In this document: positions 46,720 through 57,708 of the stretch, one piece after another
Numbering within the stretch: position 1 is the first letter of the stretch
Layout of the letters: the number at the start of each line of letters is the position of its first letter
From: a virus
IMG/VR virus record: IMGVR_UViG_3300042691_051382
Reading direction: 5' to 3' (one strand)
DNA: 64,000 bases
Translations under genes and position numbers: made by a program
The notes under the pieces: generated by a model
What the model saw: only the letters and a program-made list of their open reading frames with translations
Told to the model about the DNA's origin: nothing
Database searches by the model: none

Positions 46720-48591
46720 TTATAATTCTTTAATTATTTTTCGACTAAGATCGATATACTTATTTTGTTTATGACGTTCTGTATGCAAAGGTATCAAAGA
46801 AAATAATAAACTAGATGTTAGAATTTTTAACCATTTCAATTTTTCATACCCATATTCTTCCACAAATCGTGTTTCAAAATATTTTTTAATACCATCTGCA
46901 GTTTCTGTAAAAGTCTTATCTTTCAAAATAAAATCATAACCACACAAGCTTTGATAAACTTTTGCATAGTCATAAAATTTATCTCCATATATTGTGTAAA
47001 TATCTCCTATTTTACCACGCATATCAATAAATTTGTTTTCTCCTGTTAATGTTTTAAATATATTTGTAAAAACTGGGTCACCATGAATTCTAGTTTTTAC
47101 TGCTTGTTGTGTATTTTCATATTTTTGCAAATTATTACTTAATTCGGTATAAACTTCATGACTATTATCAAAACAGGAATAATTATATGTTTCGTATCGA
47201 TTTTTTATTTTAGTGTAGTAATTAAGATAAATGTTAATATTTTTTTCTTGTTCGGTATGAGAATGAATTTTTTGCAGATTTAGTATCAAAGAATCAATAT
47301 CTTTAAATGACAATAAATCATTAACAAACATATATGAATACGGTATACCTTCAATTTTTTCCATGACGATGTTATTTTCGTTCACAACTGCCTGTGGAAA
47401 CAAATCTTTTAAATCCTCCGGAATATTATTATACCAATAACATTCACCAAGATTGTTTGTTATTTTATGAATTTTATTGTCTGTTATTAAAATTTTATTT
47501 GTCGAGCGTTCTTTGTCATATATGTTATAAAATCCAGTTTCTTTGCTCAAATCTTCACATGAATTTACTGCAAGATCATCGATATAAAAATCTGCGTATG
47601 GTTTTCCAAAAATTAATTCATGATATTTGATGCCAAATTGTTTTAATTTATCTACTGTTATTTGCTCTACTTGTTCTCTAACTTTTTGCACATCTCCACA
47701 ACAAGTTTTCATTCTTCTTGCAGTGTGTATGATCACTTTGTATCCCATATCATACATCAGATTGCAAAAATCTATACTGTTTTGAAGTGGTTCGACTGTT
47801 GAATAATTTCCTGTAATTTTAGGATATGTTACAAGAGTATTGTCTAAATCAAAACAAAAAATTAAATTATCATTATTTTTTGTGTTTTGAGATTGATAGC
47901 GTAGCTGTTCTGGAGTCCCCAAACAAACATAATCATCAACTAAACAAGATTTTATCGTGCAATTATCAAACAGCATCTTTTTGTAAACATCAGATATGTA
48001 AATTTCTCTATTGATGTTACAATCTTCAAGAGCATTTTTTGCATATTTCTGCAAAACATTCGCATCTTTAAAACAGTATGCTCCCGTGTTTGCATTATCG
48101 CTTATTTTTATTTTTTCGGCAATATCAATAACATCGTTAGAAAAATCTTTAAATTTAATATAAGAAAATAATGGCTTTGATTGATTGTCTTTAAAATAAA
48201 ATATTAAATTTGTATTGTATTGTCTAGCCGATTCAAGAATATCAGTTTTATAAAAATTGTCGCAATCTAAGATGATTGTAGGATCTTCTTTTCTCTCCAA
48301 CATCTCAACTGCAATTGATGCTGTTTCAGCTGGACCGCGAGTGATAACATCAAGAGACTTAAATTTTATATCAGCAGCAGGATATCGTTTTCTAATTAGA
48401 TCTGTAAAACGATACTTGTCAAGCTTATTGTTATAAACAATTACAAATTGATCACCTTTTTGATGGCTTAGATTATCAAGCAACCAAAATATTATTGGTT
48501 TGCCACAAAAATTAATAAGAGGTTTTGGTTTAGAATAACCCTCATCCGAAAAACGTTTACCGGCTCCAGCTGCAAGTATTAAAATATTCAT
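46720..48591 (-). CDS. Triple fusion: nucleotidyltransferase + HAD phosphatase + APH/choline-kinase-like domain
   Basis: ILAAGAGKRF..KPKPL; FDLDNTL..HTARRM..GKP.ADFYIDD; IHGDP.F.N..FIDMRG. Confidence 0.85.
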   Translation of the reverse strand: MNILILAAGAGKRFSDEGYSKPKPLINFCGKPIIFWLLDNLSHQKGDQFVIVYNNKLDKYRFTDLIRKRYPAADIKFKSLDVITRGPAETASIAVEMLERKEDPTIILDCDNFYKTDILESARQYNTNLIFYFKDNQSKPLFSYIKFKDFSNDVIDIAEKIKISDNANTGAYCFKDANVLQKYAKNALEDCNINREIYISDVYKKMLFDNCTIKSCLVDDYVCLGTPEQLRYQSQNTKNNDNLIFCFDLDNTLVTYPKITGNYSTVEPLQNSIDFCNLMYDMGYKVIIHTARRMKTCCGDVQKVREQVEQITVDKLKQFGIKYHELIFGKPYADFYIDDLAVNSCEDLSKETGFYNIYDKERSTNKILITDNKIHKITNNLGECYWYNNIPEDLKDLFPQAVVNENNIVMEKIEGIPYSYMFVNDLLSFKDIDSLILNLQKIHSHTEQEKNINIYLNYYTKIKNRYETYNYSCFDNSHEVYTELSNNLQKYENTQQAVKTRIHGDPVFTNIFKTLTGENKFIDMRGKIGDIYTIYGDKFYDYAKVYQSLCGYDFILKDKTFTETADGIKKYFETRFVEEYGYEKLKWLKILTSSLLFSLIPLHTERHKQNKYIDLSRKIIKEL

Positions 48592-48599
48592 TTTAAAAT

Positions 48600-49598
48600 T
48601 TAAATTAAACCAATCCATTCTGGATTTTTCATCGACCACTCAATTACGTTTTTCATAGATTGTTCAAGATTCATAGGCAAATTCCAACCCATTTGCTGCA
48701 TTTTTGAACCATCCAGAGCATAACGAAGATCGTGTCCTGGGCGACTGCTATGGAAATCAACCATTTCATAGTTTAACTTCTTACCCATGATATTCGCGAT
48801 CATTTGGGCCAATGAAAGATTATCGATTTCACGTTCACCAACAATGTTAAACTTATCGCCATTCTTACCGTTCTTTATAATGAAGTCTACAGCAGAACAG
48901 ACGTTTTGGGCATGAATATAGAACCGACTTCCTGCTCTAGTGAGTGACTTATCGGCGTGAATAATAACCTTATCACCCTTATAAATCTTTCTAATACAAG
49001 AAGGGATAAACTTTTCCGGATGTTGACGCTCACCAAAAATATTCATACAGTGAGAAATCTTAACAGGCATTTTGTATGTGTTTTCAAACGCAAGACAAAG
49101 TTCTTCTCCACCAGCTTTTGTAGCCGAATATGGATTACCTGAGTTATATCTGTCCCATTCTTTGTAATTTACATTTTCTGGAGCAGGACCAAAAACTTCA
49201 TCGGTTGAAAAATAAACAAAATTTTCTAAAGATTTGAGATGTCTTGCATAATTAAGAACATTACAAGTTCCAACAACATTATCCATTACAAATGAAAGAG
49301 GATCTTCGATGCTTCTGTCTACATGAGAACCAGCACCTATATGAAGAACTGTATCCGGCTTTCCGATTAGCGAGCAAAGAATTTCATTGTTGTACATTTC
49401 TGCACGAAGATCATGCCAAATAAAATTAACACGCTTAGAATTATTTTTCCAAGAATCAAGAGCAGTGAGGCGATTGATGTTTCCAGAAACATCAAGTCGA
49501 TCTAAAATTGTAATTTTTGCGTCAGTGGTGTTGAGCAAATAATCAACCATGTGATGACCGACAAATCCAACTCCACCAGTAATCAATACATTCTTCAT
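48600..49598 (-). CDS. rfbB: dTDP-glucose 4,6-dehydratase
   Basis: TGGVGFVG, SHVDRSI, STDEVFG, YSATK, RPGHDLRYALD. Confidence 0.92.
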   Translation of the reverse strand: MKNVLITGGVGFVGHHMVDYLLNTTDAKITILDRLDVSGNINRLTALDSWKNNSKRVNFIWHDLRAEMYNNEILCSLIGKPDTVLHIGAGSHVDRSIEDPLSFVMDNVVGTCNVLNYARHLKSLENFVYFSTDEVFGPAPENVNYKEWDRYNSGNPYSATKAGGEELCLAFENTYKMPVKISHCMNIFGERQHPEKFIPSCIRKIYKGDKVIIHADKSLTRAGSRFYIHAQNVCSAVDFIIKNGKNGDKFNIVGEREIDNLSLAQMIANIMGKKLNYEMVDFHSSRPGHDLRYALDGSKMQQMGWNLPMNLEQSMKNVIEWSMKNPEWIGLI

Positions 49599-49618
49599 AA
49601 TCTATTCCTTCGATAAAA

Positions 49619-50245
49619 TTAGTTAACTTTATATTTTGCAACAAAAATACCTTTTTTTGTATCATTTGAGCTAATATAAGAATTTATTACTTGAAATCCT
49701 TTGAATTTATTTTGAATCATCTCATTATAAAGTCTATTTATATCAGGTACACACGCATGATCATGGAAAATAAAAATACAATTATCTTCTGCAAATTGCT
49801 TTGCTAACATCAAATCTTCTACTACACCATTGTAAGAATGGTCGCCATCTATAAAAATAATATCAAACTTTTTGTTTTTATCTTGTAACCATTTTTTAGC
49901 ACTTTCGCTATGACTATTTCCGATAAAACTATAATGTTGACCGGTGTTTTTTAAATTTTTAATATTATTAATATATGAAATTGGTATAGACGGATGTGTG
50001 CCTAAATCGATAGTACAAACATCGTTAATAGAAACAAAATCCATTAATAATCTAGTGAAACCAGCAGCAGCCACACCTATTTCTAAATAATTTTTAAATT
50101 TTAAATCACGCAAGCTGAGAATTAAATTCGTGACTTCATCTGGATCTTGTTGTAAATTATATCCACCTTCAAAATTTCCACCAAAAACAGATACACTATT
50201 CGAACCAACATTCAGAACAATATTTTTAATTTCATTGTAATCCAT
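49619..50245 (-). CDS. Class I SAM-dependent methyltransferase (Methyltransf_24-like)
   Basis: YLEIGV..G; FDIIFIDGDHSY..V..D; FHD. Confidence 0.85.
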   Translation of the reverse strand: MDYNEIKNIVLNVGSNSVSVFGGNFEGGYNLQQDPDEVTNLILSLRDLKFKNYLEIGVAAAGFTRLLMDFVSINDVCTIDLGTHPSIPISYINNIKNLKNTGQHYSFIGNSHSESAKKWLQDKNKKFDIIFIDGDHSYNGVVEDLMLAKQFAEDNCIFIFHDHACVPDINRLYNEMIQNKFKGFQVINSYISSNDTKKGIFVAKYKVN

Positions 50246-50281
50246 ATTAATCTCTTTTATAGAAAATTGTATAAAATATTA

Positions 50282-50935
50282 TTAAATTTCACCAATATAA
50301 ACCATTTGAAGTTTATCAGAATCGGAAATAAAACAATTTAGTGTTTTGAAACCAGCCATCTCATGACATAATTTTAGCGTGTCTGTAGAAAACACATGAT
50401 GATGTATCACTCGTGTTTCGTTTGTGGATCCTACATCTTTGTAATATGTTGGTCTAGATTCTATCATACACGACGACTCTTCTAAATGAGTCATATCTCT
50501 TTCTGAAGTATTTTTATTAAAATCTTCGATCAAATGTTCTATTGTTGTATACTGTCTAGCTCTGTCCCAACATTCATTTTTATTTGGAACTATTGTAATT
50601 ATGGCACCATTATTTTTTAATGCCGTAGACCAAAACAACAATGCTTTTATGGGATTAGCAAAATGTTCTAATGTATGTGAAGTTATTACACAATCAAATT
50701 TACGTAAAAGTCTATTCTGTATAAAAGGTGTTGCATCTGATGCATCTCCGTCATAAATTTTTGCAGTGTTTGACGGATTTGGTGGAGTATATCCATGATG
50801 ATACGCTGCCATTGAAGATGAATAATTCAAAAAACTAACAGAATTCATTTTAGAATACCAAGAATAAATTAATCCACTTGGTCCACCTATTTCTAAAATA
50901 TTTTTTTGAGCTATCAAGCGATCAATATTTATCAT
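50282..50935 (-). CDS. Class I SAM-dependent methyltransferase
   Basis: LEIGGPS; FD....SHTLEHFANP. Confidence 0.8.
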   Translation of the reverse strand: MINIDRLIAQKNILEIGGPSGLIYSWYSKMNSVSFLNYSSSMAAYHHGYTPPNPSNTAKIYDGDASDATPFIQNRLLRKFDCVITSHTLEHFANPIKALLFWSTALKNNGAIITIVPNKNECWDRARQYTTIEHLIEDFNKNTSERDMTHLEESSCMIESRPTYYKDVGSTNETRVIHHHVFSTDTLKLCHEMAGFKTLNCFISDSDKLQMVYIGEI

Positions 50936-50937
50936 AA

Positions 50938-51603
50938 TTAATTTTCAGTTTTAAATGTATATTTTTCTCGTGGATACCTGTTCAAATGTCTTTCATAAAC
51001 GTTTATACCACTACTATGTAGACATTTTACCCGAGGAAATCCATACCCAATCCAAAATTCTGCTAAATGTCTTATAGACGGACATTTGTCAATCCAAAAA
51101 TTTGGAGGATCTATTTGTGGAAGACGATTTATATACTGTGAGTTAGCCCACCAAAAATTTCCAGAGAAATGCTTGTTTGGCTCTGTAACCCAATCAACAC
51201 CAACAACATCGTGATCTTTTAAAGACTCTAAACAATCTTGAACTTTCTGTAAAATAAAATAAGACATGTATTGTCTCCATTCTATAATACATGGATTATC
51301 AAATCCATTAAAAACACCTTTTGTGTGAATATAACCAACAGGAACTCCAACACCTACTTGTTTGCAAAAATTTCTTATTTTTTCTAGTGTAAAAAATTCG
51401 CCTTTACTAAAATCATTATGATGATTATCAATATTAAACCATTGTTCATTTGGTTTCGGATCGCCAACTGAGCACACCACAACATCAATTTTGTCTCTGT
51501 ATTGACTTACGTTTAAATCTTCCTCAAATTCTTTCATGATAGAAACATATCTCTCCGAAGCAGTGCCGCAATGAATAAAAAGTGTAGGTTTTGATTTTGT
51601 CAT
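50938..51603 (-). CDS. Putative glycosyltransferase (YIHTKG family)
   Basis: GE..TL, YIHTKG, HFSGNFWWA. Confidence 0.65.
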   Translation of the reverse strand: MTKSKPTLFIHCGTASERYVSIMKEFEEDLNVSQYRDKIDVVVCSVGDPKPNEQWFNIDNHHNDFSKGEFFTLEKIRNFCKQVGVGVPVGYIHTKGVFNGFDNPCIIEWRQYMSYFILQKVQDCLESLKDHDVVGVDWVTEPNKHFSGNFWWANSQYINRLPQIDPPNFWIDKCPSIRHLAEFWIGYGFPRVKCLHSSGINVYERHLNRYPREKYTFKTEN

Positions 51604-51640
51604 TTTTACTTTTTAATTAGAATTATTTACTATTTTTAAT

Positions 51641-52579
51641 TTAAGCATCAGAAAAAATCTTATTGATTTTTTCAACTAAATTGTTTTCGTAATCCCAGTT
51701 CCTAGACCAATTATACATCGTGTGTAAAATTGGTATACCTGTGTCTACTAACATATTCTTTTTTGTTTCTTTCCAATATCTATTTAAAGGAACTTCTTCA
51801 TATGGATCAACAAATAAATCTTGTCGGGATACTATCGTTTTCCAATCTCTTGTTCGTATTCCAAAAAATGAATTACAAAAATAAGGATAGTCTTTATTTC
51901 TTATAATTTCACCATCTACCACTTGCATGGTTTTTGGAAACCTAGAAAAAATCATATCGTTAATGAATTTTGCCGCAAAAAAATTAATTCGAACTGGATG
52001 TATACCTTTGTAAAAATGTTGAAAATTGTTTACTGCTTGATAAAATTTAGCAGGACTCCAATTGTCTATCATTCCATCATTCCAATTATTCAATAAACTA
52101 TAATCAACTCCTCCACCATTTCCATATTTTGTCATAGCAAAAATATTATCGATTATTTGTTTGGATTCTGGTAAAAAGTTGTTAACAAAGAAATCACAAG
52201 TTGGAACACCATTGCTGATACTACCAGTACAGAACAAATCTTCATCGGTCATAGATTCGATAAGTTTGAAAAATTTATCCCACCCATCTGCAAGCAAAAT
52301 ACAATCTTCATCCATTTTTATGGAAAACTCATGATTTTGGTCGATCCCATAAAATATTTTTCTAATATAGTTGTCGTCTCCTGGAGTAAAACCATCAACA
52401 ACTGTACTATTGTTTGGTAATTCTTTTGCAAATAAATCTTTAACTTCTTGATTTAAGTTATCCCCCAAAACGTAAATATGAAAATTTGTGTATTTACATT
52501 TTGCTAATTGTTTAGCATGAGTGTTCATCAAAGACGTTCGTCTAGTTGTCAAACATATAATTCCAATTTTTGCTTTCAT
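51641..52579 (-). CDS. Putative GT-A glycosyltransferase
   Basis: KMDED (DxD) motif; island context. Confidence 0.55.
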   Translation of the reverse strand: MKAKIGIICLTTRRTSLMNTHAKQLAKCKYTNFHIYVLGDNLNQEVKDLFAKELPNNSTVVDGFTPGDDNYIRKIFYGIDQNHEFSIKMDEDCILLADGWDKFFKLIESMTDEDLFCTGSISNGVPTCDFFVNNFLPESKQIIDNIFAMTKYGNGGGVDYSLLNNWNDGMIDNWSPAKFYQAVNNFQHFYKGIHPVRINFFAAKFINDMIFSRFPKTMQVVDGEIIRNKDYPYFCNSFFGIRTRDWKTIVSRQDLFVDPYEEVPLNRYWKETKKNMLVDTGIPILHTMYNWSRNWDYENNLVEKINKIFSDA

Positions 52580-52581
52580 TT

Positions 52582-53511
52582 TTAATCCTGTTTTGATATC
52601 CATTCTTCGACTTTAATTTCAGGTTTCCAATTTAATTTAAATTTTGTTTTTGATATGTCTGCCAATGTAACTCGCGCTTCTCCTATTCTTGGCGGGAGAT
52701 AGATGTGCTGTAAATCATGTTTATAATGCTTGGCCATTTTATCAGCAATTTCTACAATAGAGTTGTTGCTGCCTGTGCCGATATTGTAAACTTCTCCGTT
52801 CTGAATTTTATGATCGGTAGCTCCGGCATAAAGAGCACTACACACATCATCAACATGTATAAAATCTCTTTTTTGTAGACCGTCGCCTACAATTGTGAGA
52901 GCTTCTTTATTTTTTATTTGTCTTAAAAATATCCCCATGACTGGAGCATACTGACCCTTTTTAGGTTGTCTGTTGCCATAGATATTGAATCCACGAAAAC
53001 ACACAGTATCCAAATTGTATAATTTTGAATACATTTTGCATAAACTTTCTCCAAACCATTTTGAATATGAGTATGCGTTCAGACAATCGGGTGTGTCAGT
53101 TTCTTTTTGACTATCGCCCTCTAAATTTTCATTTTGAAGTCCATAAATTGCAGATGTGCTCATAAAAACAAATCTGCTTACTTCATATTTTTGAGACAAA
53201 GATAACATTACCTCGGTACCCATAGTATTTGTTTCCAAACACGATGATGGATCTTCGATGCATCTTTGAATTCTGGCTTCTGCGGCTAGATGAAAAACAT
53301 AATCAAAATTATGTCTTTTAAAAACATCAGAGCACATAACGCTGTCAGTTACAGAATACTTATAATATTCAGCTTTATCATTAAAATAAAATTGATCATG
53401 CGAGTCTGCAGAAAGATTATCTATACCTACTACTTGATGACCTTTGTTGATCAAATAATCAACAAGTGTAGAGCCGATAAATCCGCACGAACCAGTTACC
53501 AATATTCTCAT
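52582..53511 (-). CDS. NAD-dependent sugar epimerase/dehydratase (GalE-like)
   Basis: TGSCGFIG, HLAA, YSYSK, NIYG. Confidence 0.9.
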   Translation of the reverse strand: MRILVTGSCGFIGSTLVDYLINKGHQVVGIDNLSADSHDQFYFNDKAEYYKYSVTDSVMCSDVFKRHNFDYVFHLAAEARIQRCIEDPSSCLETNTMGTEVMLSLSQKYEVSRFVFMSTSAIYGLQNENLEGDSQKETDTPDCLNAYSYSKWFGESLCKMYSKLYNLDTVCFRGFNIYGNRQPKKGQYAPVMGIFLRQIKNKEALTIVGDGLQKRDFIHVDDVCSALYAGATDHKIQNGEVYNIGTGSNNSIVEIADKMAKHYKHDLQHIYLPPRIGEARVTLADISKTKFKLNWKPEIKVEEWISKQD

Positions 53512-53542
53512 GATATAGTCTCCGTGCTATTTATTCGATTTG

Positions 53543-54265
53543 TCACTCTTGAATAGGATAATTATTGTTTTTTAAGTGTATTTCTGGGTCAACAAGCGGT
53601 TCTGGTGGATGCGGATGTTCGATAAAATTTTCATTCTTCAAAATTTTAACAACAGAATTTTTATTCATTTTGTAATTCCATTTGGATTGACATCTAGCCG
53701 ACCATTCACAATCTTCGCCATCTCCCCATACTCTATTTTCATCAAGAGGATTTGACAACATAAAAGTCTTTTTTGCGCACCAATAAGAACCACTAATATA
53801 CATTTTGTTGGTCATGCTACTATCATCATATTTTACCCAATCCCAGTCGCCCCACCATTGACGAGGATAACACCAATCTCTAAATCTTCTATTATCAAGA
53901 AGACGAATTTGGTTCATACAGACATCCCAATCACTACCAAATTTTTTAAATCCTTTATACCAACCTTCACATAATGCAAAGTAATCGTGAGATATTACTA
54001 AATTTTCATACATAGAAGCTCGAATTGCAACATGTTTTTTCTTGGTTATCCAACCTTTTTTTACATTTTCATCGAACGGAATGTGGATAATATTTACTTT
54101 ATTTTTTTGATACTTTTTGATTATATGTTCTATTATTCCTGGTTGTTGTCCGACTAATATTATCTGATAATCATCAGTTGTGATTTCTTCTTGGTTTACA
54201 ATAGAGTTTATATACTTTTCAAGATATTGTGTTCTTATAAAAGGAATACAAAAAGACCATTTCAT
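53543..54265 (-). CDS. GT2-like glycosyltransferase
   Basis: WITKKK, SHDY, GEDCEWS. Confidence 0.7.
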   Translation of the reverse strand: MKWSFCIPFIRTQYLEKYINSIVNQEEITTDDYQIILVGQQPGIIEHIIKKYQKNKVNIIHIPFDENVKKGWITKKKHVAIRASMYENLVISHDYFALCEGWYKGFKKFGSDWDVCMNQIRLLDNRRFRDWCYPRQWWGDWDWVKYDDSSMTNKMYISGSYWCAKKTFMLSNPLDENRVWGDGEDCEWSARCQSKWNYKMNKNSVVKILKNENFIEHPHPPEPLVDPEIHLKNNNYPIQE

Positions 54266-55347
54266 AATTCTTTCTCCGAGCGGACTAATGCCGATCCAAC
54301 GACTTGATGCATATCATAATACTTATAGTCAGCCAAGCGTCCTCCGAAAACATAACGATCAGTATCTATTCTGTTTTTGTAAGAAGAAAATAATTCATTA
54401 TTTTTATCATCATTTACCGGGTAAAACTTTTCTTTTGATGCATCCCAAAATTGCGGATATTCTTTTGTAACTACAGTATGATCTTGCTTTCCAAATTCAA
54501 AATGTTTGTGTTCACATATACGTGTATAAGGAACACTTTCTTCGGTATGATTGATTATAGCATTTCCTTGATAATCGTTGGATTGAAGTGTTTCGTGTTC
54601 GAATCTTAAACTGCGCCATTCCAATCTCCCATTATCACAACCAAAAAATTCATCAATAGGACCAGTATAAACAATTTTTTTAGCTTTCTTTTCTAAATTA
54701 TCTCTGTCGTTTAAATAATCAACTCCTGTTTCGTTGTCTATACCTTGGAGAAGTTTTTCAAAAATTTTTGTGTATCCTCCAATCGGTATTCCTTGATATT
54801 TGTCTTCATAGTAATTATCATCAAATGTTAAACGAATAGGAAGACGCTTAATTATAAATGACGGAAGATATTTCGGATCTCTACCCCATTGTTTTTTAGT
54901 ATAACCATATACAAATTTTTGATATATCTCTTCGCCTACTTGCGACAAAATCCACTCTTCAAGATTTTGAGGATTTTCTATTTTAATTTTTACATCATTC
55001 AATTTCTTTTTTGCTTCATCTGGGGTTTTAACACCCCAGAGTTGATATAAAGTGAACAAATTTATGGGAAAGGAATACAATTCTCCTTTGTAATAAACCT
55101 TGGGTCTATTCACGTAGTGATTGAATTTTGACCATTTATTTACATATTCCCAAACTTTATCACTATTAGTGTGGAAAATATGTGGACCATATTCATGTAC
55201 ATTAATACCACCAACATCTCTTGTATAACAATTTCCGCCTATGTGGTTTCTTTTATCAACCACCAAGCATTTTGCTCCTCGATCTGTCATCTGACGAGCA
55301 AACACCGAACCAAACAATCCCGAACCAACTATCAAGTAATCGTACAA
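54262..55347 (-). CDS. glf: UDP-galactopyranose mutase
   Basis: GSGLFG, HIGGNCY, HEYGPHIFHT, GRLADYKYYDMHQ. Confidence 0.95.
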   Translation of the reverse strand: MYDYLIVGSGLFGSVFARQMTDRGAKCLVVDKRNHIGGNCYTRDVGGINVHEYGPHIFHTNSDKVWEYVNKWSKFNHYVNRPKVYYKGELYSFPINLFTLYQLWGVKTPDEAKKKLNDVKIKIENPQNLEEWILSQVGEEIYQKFVYGYTKKQWGRDPKYLPSFIIKRLPIRLTFDDNYYEDKYQGIPIGGYTKIFEKLLQGIDNETGVDYLNDRDNLEKKAKKIVYTGPIDEFFGCDNGRLEWRSLRFEHETLQSNDYQGNAIINHTEESVPYTRICEHKHFEFGKQDHTVVTKEYPQFWDASKEKFYPVNDDKNNELFSSYKNRIDTDRYVFGGRLADYKYYDMHQVVGSALVRSEKEL

Positions 55348-56177
55348 TCGATGCCTCCCAAAAGAAGGATAATACTCTTGTATCTATCGATAGCGTTCGC
55401 ACGTGTTAGGTAATTTTTGCAAAATTCCATAGCATTGTTTGCTATACTTTTACACTGCTCAGGATTAGACTCAGCCCATCTAAATTTTTCAGTAAAATCA
55501 GACAAATCTTCTTTAAGAGGTATATAATGAACAAAAGGTTTCATATCGAAAAACCAGTATTCATTCCAAGAACGCTCTTGAAAGAATAATGGTCTACCGC
55601 TATGAAATAGTAATTTTGTTCTTCCAGAATATCCATTTCCTTGCAAATCCAGCAAGTACTTATAATCGCAATGATCTGGCAGTGATACGTACTTATTCTC
55701 TGGTGTTTTCTTTTCCCCGTTTACTCCTTGCCAATTACCACAATCTATAGCAAGTATTTTTTCTTTGTAAATGCTTTTTTGGCATGCTTCTACAAAAAAT
55801 TTTCTCGACGGATGTGTAGCCGTATTTCCAATCCAGAAAAGTTTTTCATGTTTTACTGGTTGGGTTGATCTTTCAATTATTTCTTTTCTAACCAGTTCAT
55901 AATCATGAATTCCAACTTCTGGCCATGATTGAAATATATGACAAGGTATTGTTCTTATGTTTCTACTTGATGAACAAAAAGAAAAAGGATAATGACTTTT
56001 GTCTCCGACGTAAAAAAAGACATCGAAGTTTCTCATTTTCTTTTTAACTTCGGTTGATATCAAATCAAAAGCCGATTGCGTCAGTTTGATGACACTATCT
56101 CCTCTACTTTCATAACAATTTTCTTGTTGAAAGTGTAACTTTTCGCCATCGAATCGTATTCTTAAAATCTCATTCAT
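55332..56177 (-). CDS. GT90 (CAP10/Rumi-like) glycosyltransferase
   Basis: YKYLLDLQGNGYSGR.K.L..SG..EYWF..MKPFVHYIP...DLSD. Confidence 0.8.
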   Translation of the reverse strand: MNEILRIRFDGEKLHFQQENCYESRGDSVIKLTQSAFDLISTEVKKKMRNFDVFFYVGDKSHYPFSFCSSSRNIRTIPCHIFQSWPEVGIHDYELVRKEIIERSTQPVKHEKLFWIGNTATHPSRKFFVEACQKSIYKEKILAIDCGNWQGVNGEKKTPENKYVSLPDHCDYKYLLDLQGNGYSGRTKLLFHSGRPLFFQERSWNEYWFFDMKPFVHYIPLKEDLSDFTEKFRWAESNPEQCKSIANNAMEFCKNYLTRANAIDRYKSIILLLGGIDCTIT

Positions 56178-56914
56178 TGTTTATTCCATTCTATGGATTC
56201 GGTCACAAATACCATGTCGCTCCATTTGAAGCCGACCCTAGCTTCCTGTTCGGCTAGAGCTTCCCACGGAGAACCAAATTTTTCATATATTTTACTTTCG
56301 GTTCCACCAAGAGATCTGTAATGACCAAATTCAACGCAATCTACAACACCAATTTTACCCCCAAATATACTGATACCATTTGATGCATAAAACTTTTTAT
56401 TCCATACTCCCTCTAGACCCCATCCAATACCATTTTTAGCAGCTTTAATGTCTAACAATGTTTCTTTCAATAATCTTTTGCTGAAACAAGGCATCATTAT
56501 TTCAACCATGTTAGTAAGATGATATCTAGCACCATTTATTTTGCGTGTTGGCATATAAGTATATGTGCTTGAAACAGATAATCCAGGTTGAGCCAAATCA
56601 AACTGTTGCTCTTCGCAGATGGAAAAAAACTTTTGAATTTCAGAAGGAGTTGTTTCGATATCATCATCCATCATAAAAACATATTCATATTGATCGATGA
56701 CATCTTGGTTGTTTTCGTAAAATTCTGCTATCAATTTGAATTTCATTCCAGCTTTATTTGAACTATACTTAGCCGACAGAGTATTTTTATCATTAAAAAC
56801 AAATCCTTGGCTGTAATTAAGAACACACAGATCAAATCCGTGTTCAAGGTGATTTTGTGACCACTTTTGATGTTCAGACGTTTTTCCTGCAGCAATAATA
56901 ACCAAGTTTTTCAT
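56174..56914 (-). CDS. DUF707-like glycosyltransferase-fold protein
   Basis: YEYVFMMDDD, DLAQPGL, VEIMMPCF, GWGLE. Confidence 0.7.
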   Translation of the reverse strand: MKNLVIIAAGKTSEHQKWSQNHLEHGFDLCVLNYSQGFVFNDKNTLSAKYSSNKAGMKFKLIAEFYENNQDVIDQYEYVFMMDDDIETTPSEIQKFFSICEEQQFDLAQPGLSVSSTYTYMPTRKINGARYHLTNMVEIMMPCFSKRLLKETLLDIKAAKNGIGWGLEGVWNKKFYASNGISIFGGKIGVVDCVEFGHYRSLGGTESKIYEKFGSPWEALAEQEARVGFKWSDMVFVTESIEWNKQ

Positions 56915-57708
56915 GATGTCGCCTTAAAGTGTTCCAAAATGCAGTTTCTTAAACGATCTGGACCTGCTGGATCGCAATATTTCTTGACATGTTCGTAATT
57001 CTTTTCGATGTACGGAAGCATGTCGTGATATTTTTGTTCGGTCAAAGAATTAACTTTTTCAAACAACTCATCAATATCATTGAAAAGTATAATACCTCTT
57101 TCATCAAAATATTCAGATATGTTAGAACAACCCCAATATATGGGAACAGTTTTGGTTGCAAAACAGTCAAGAATCTTCTCGGTGAAATAGTTTCTTTGAG
57201 ACGTATTTTCTGGACAGATAGAAAACATACTATAAAACAATTCTACTTTTTCATTCAACCCATCTTTTCTATCGGGAATGACTCGATTAATATCAACCGG
57301 TCGCCATTTGCTAGACCAAAACTTTCTTGGAATTTTATATATTCTATTTTGGTTGGACCACAATCGGTGTCTTATTGAATATCCTGGCAAGTAGTTGTTG
57401 GATGTGCATAAAAATGAAACGCTAAATTCTTTTTTATCGGGGACCCACGGATAAACCCAACTACTTCCACCCACAAACAATTTAGCATTCGGAAGCTTGG
57501 ACAACTCTTCGTCTATGGTAAGTATCAAATCAAATTTTTGAGACTTGTCTTTTATGGTTTGCACACTCTCGCACGAGCTTCTTGGTTCCCATGTATCAAC
57601 ATATATTTTAATTTTTGAAGATGATAAATCATTTAAAAATCTATGAGTGTGTATTTCACATTCAAACGGAAGATCGATGTTCAACCAATCGGGTGCTATT
57701 GCTTTCAT
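56911..57708 (-). CDS. GT10 fucosyltransferase-like protein
   Basis: FSICPEN...NYFTEKILDCF...TVPIYWG. Confidence 0.8.
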   Translation of the reverse strand: MKAIAPDWLNIDLPFECEIHTHRFLNDLSSSKIKIYVDTWEPRSSCESVQTIKDKSQKFDLILTIDEELSKLPNAKLFVGGSSWVYPWVPDKKEFSVSFLCTSNNYLPGYSIRHRLWSNQNRIYKIPRKFWSSKWRPVDINRVIPDRKDGLNEKVELFYSMFSICPENTSQRNYFTEKILDCFATKTVPIYWGCSNISEYFDERGIILFNDIDELFEKVNSLTEQKYHDMLPYIEKNYEHVKKYCDPAGPDRLRNCILEHFKATS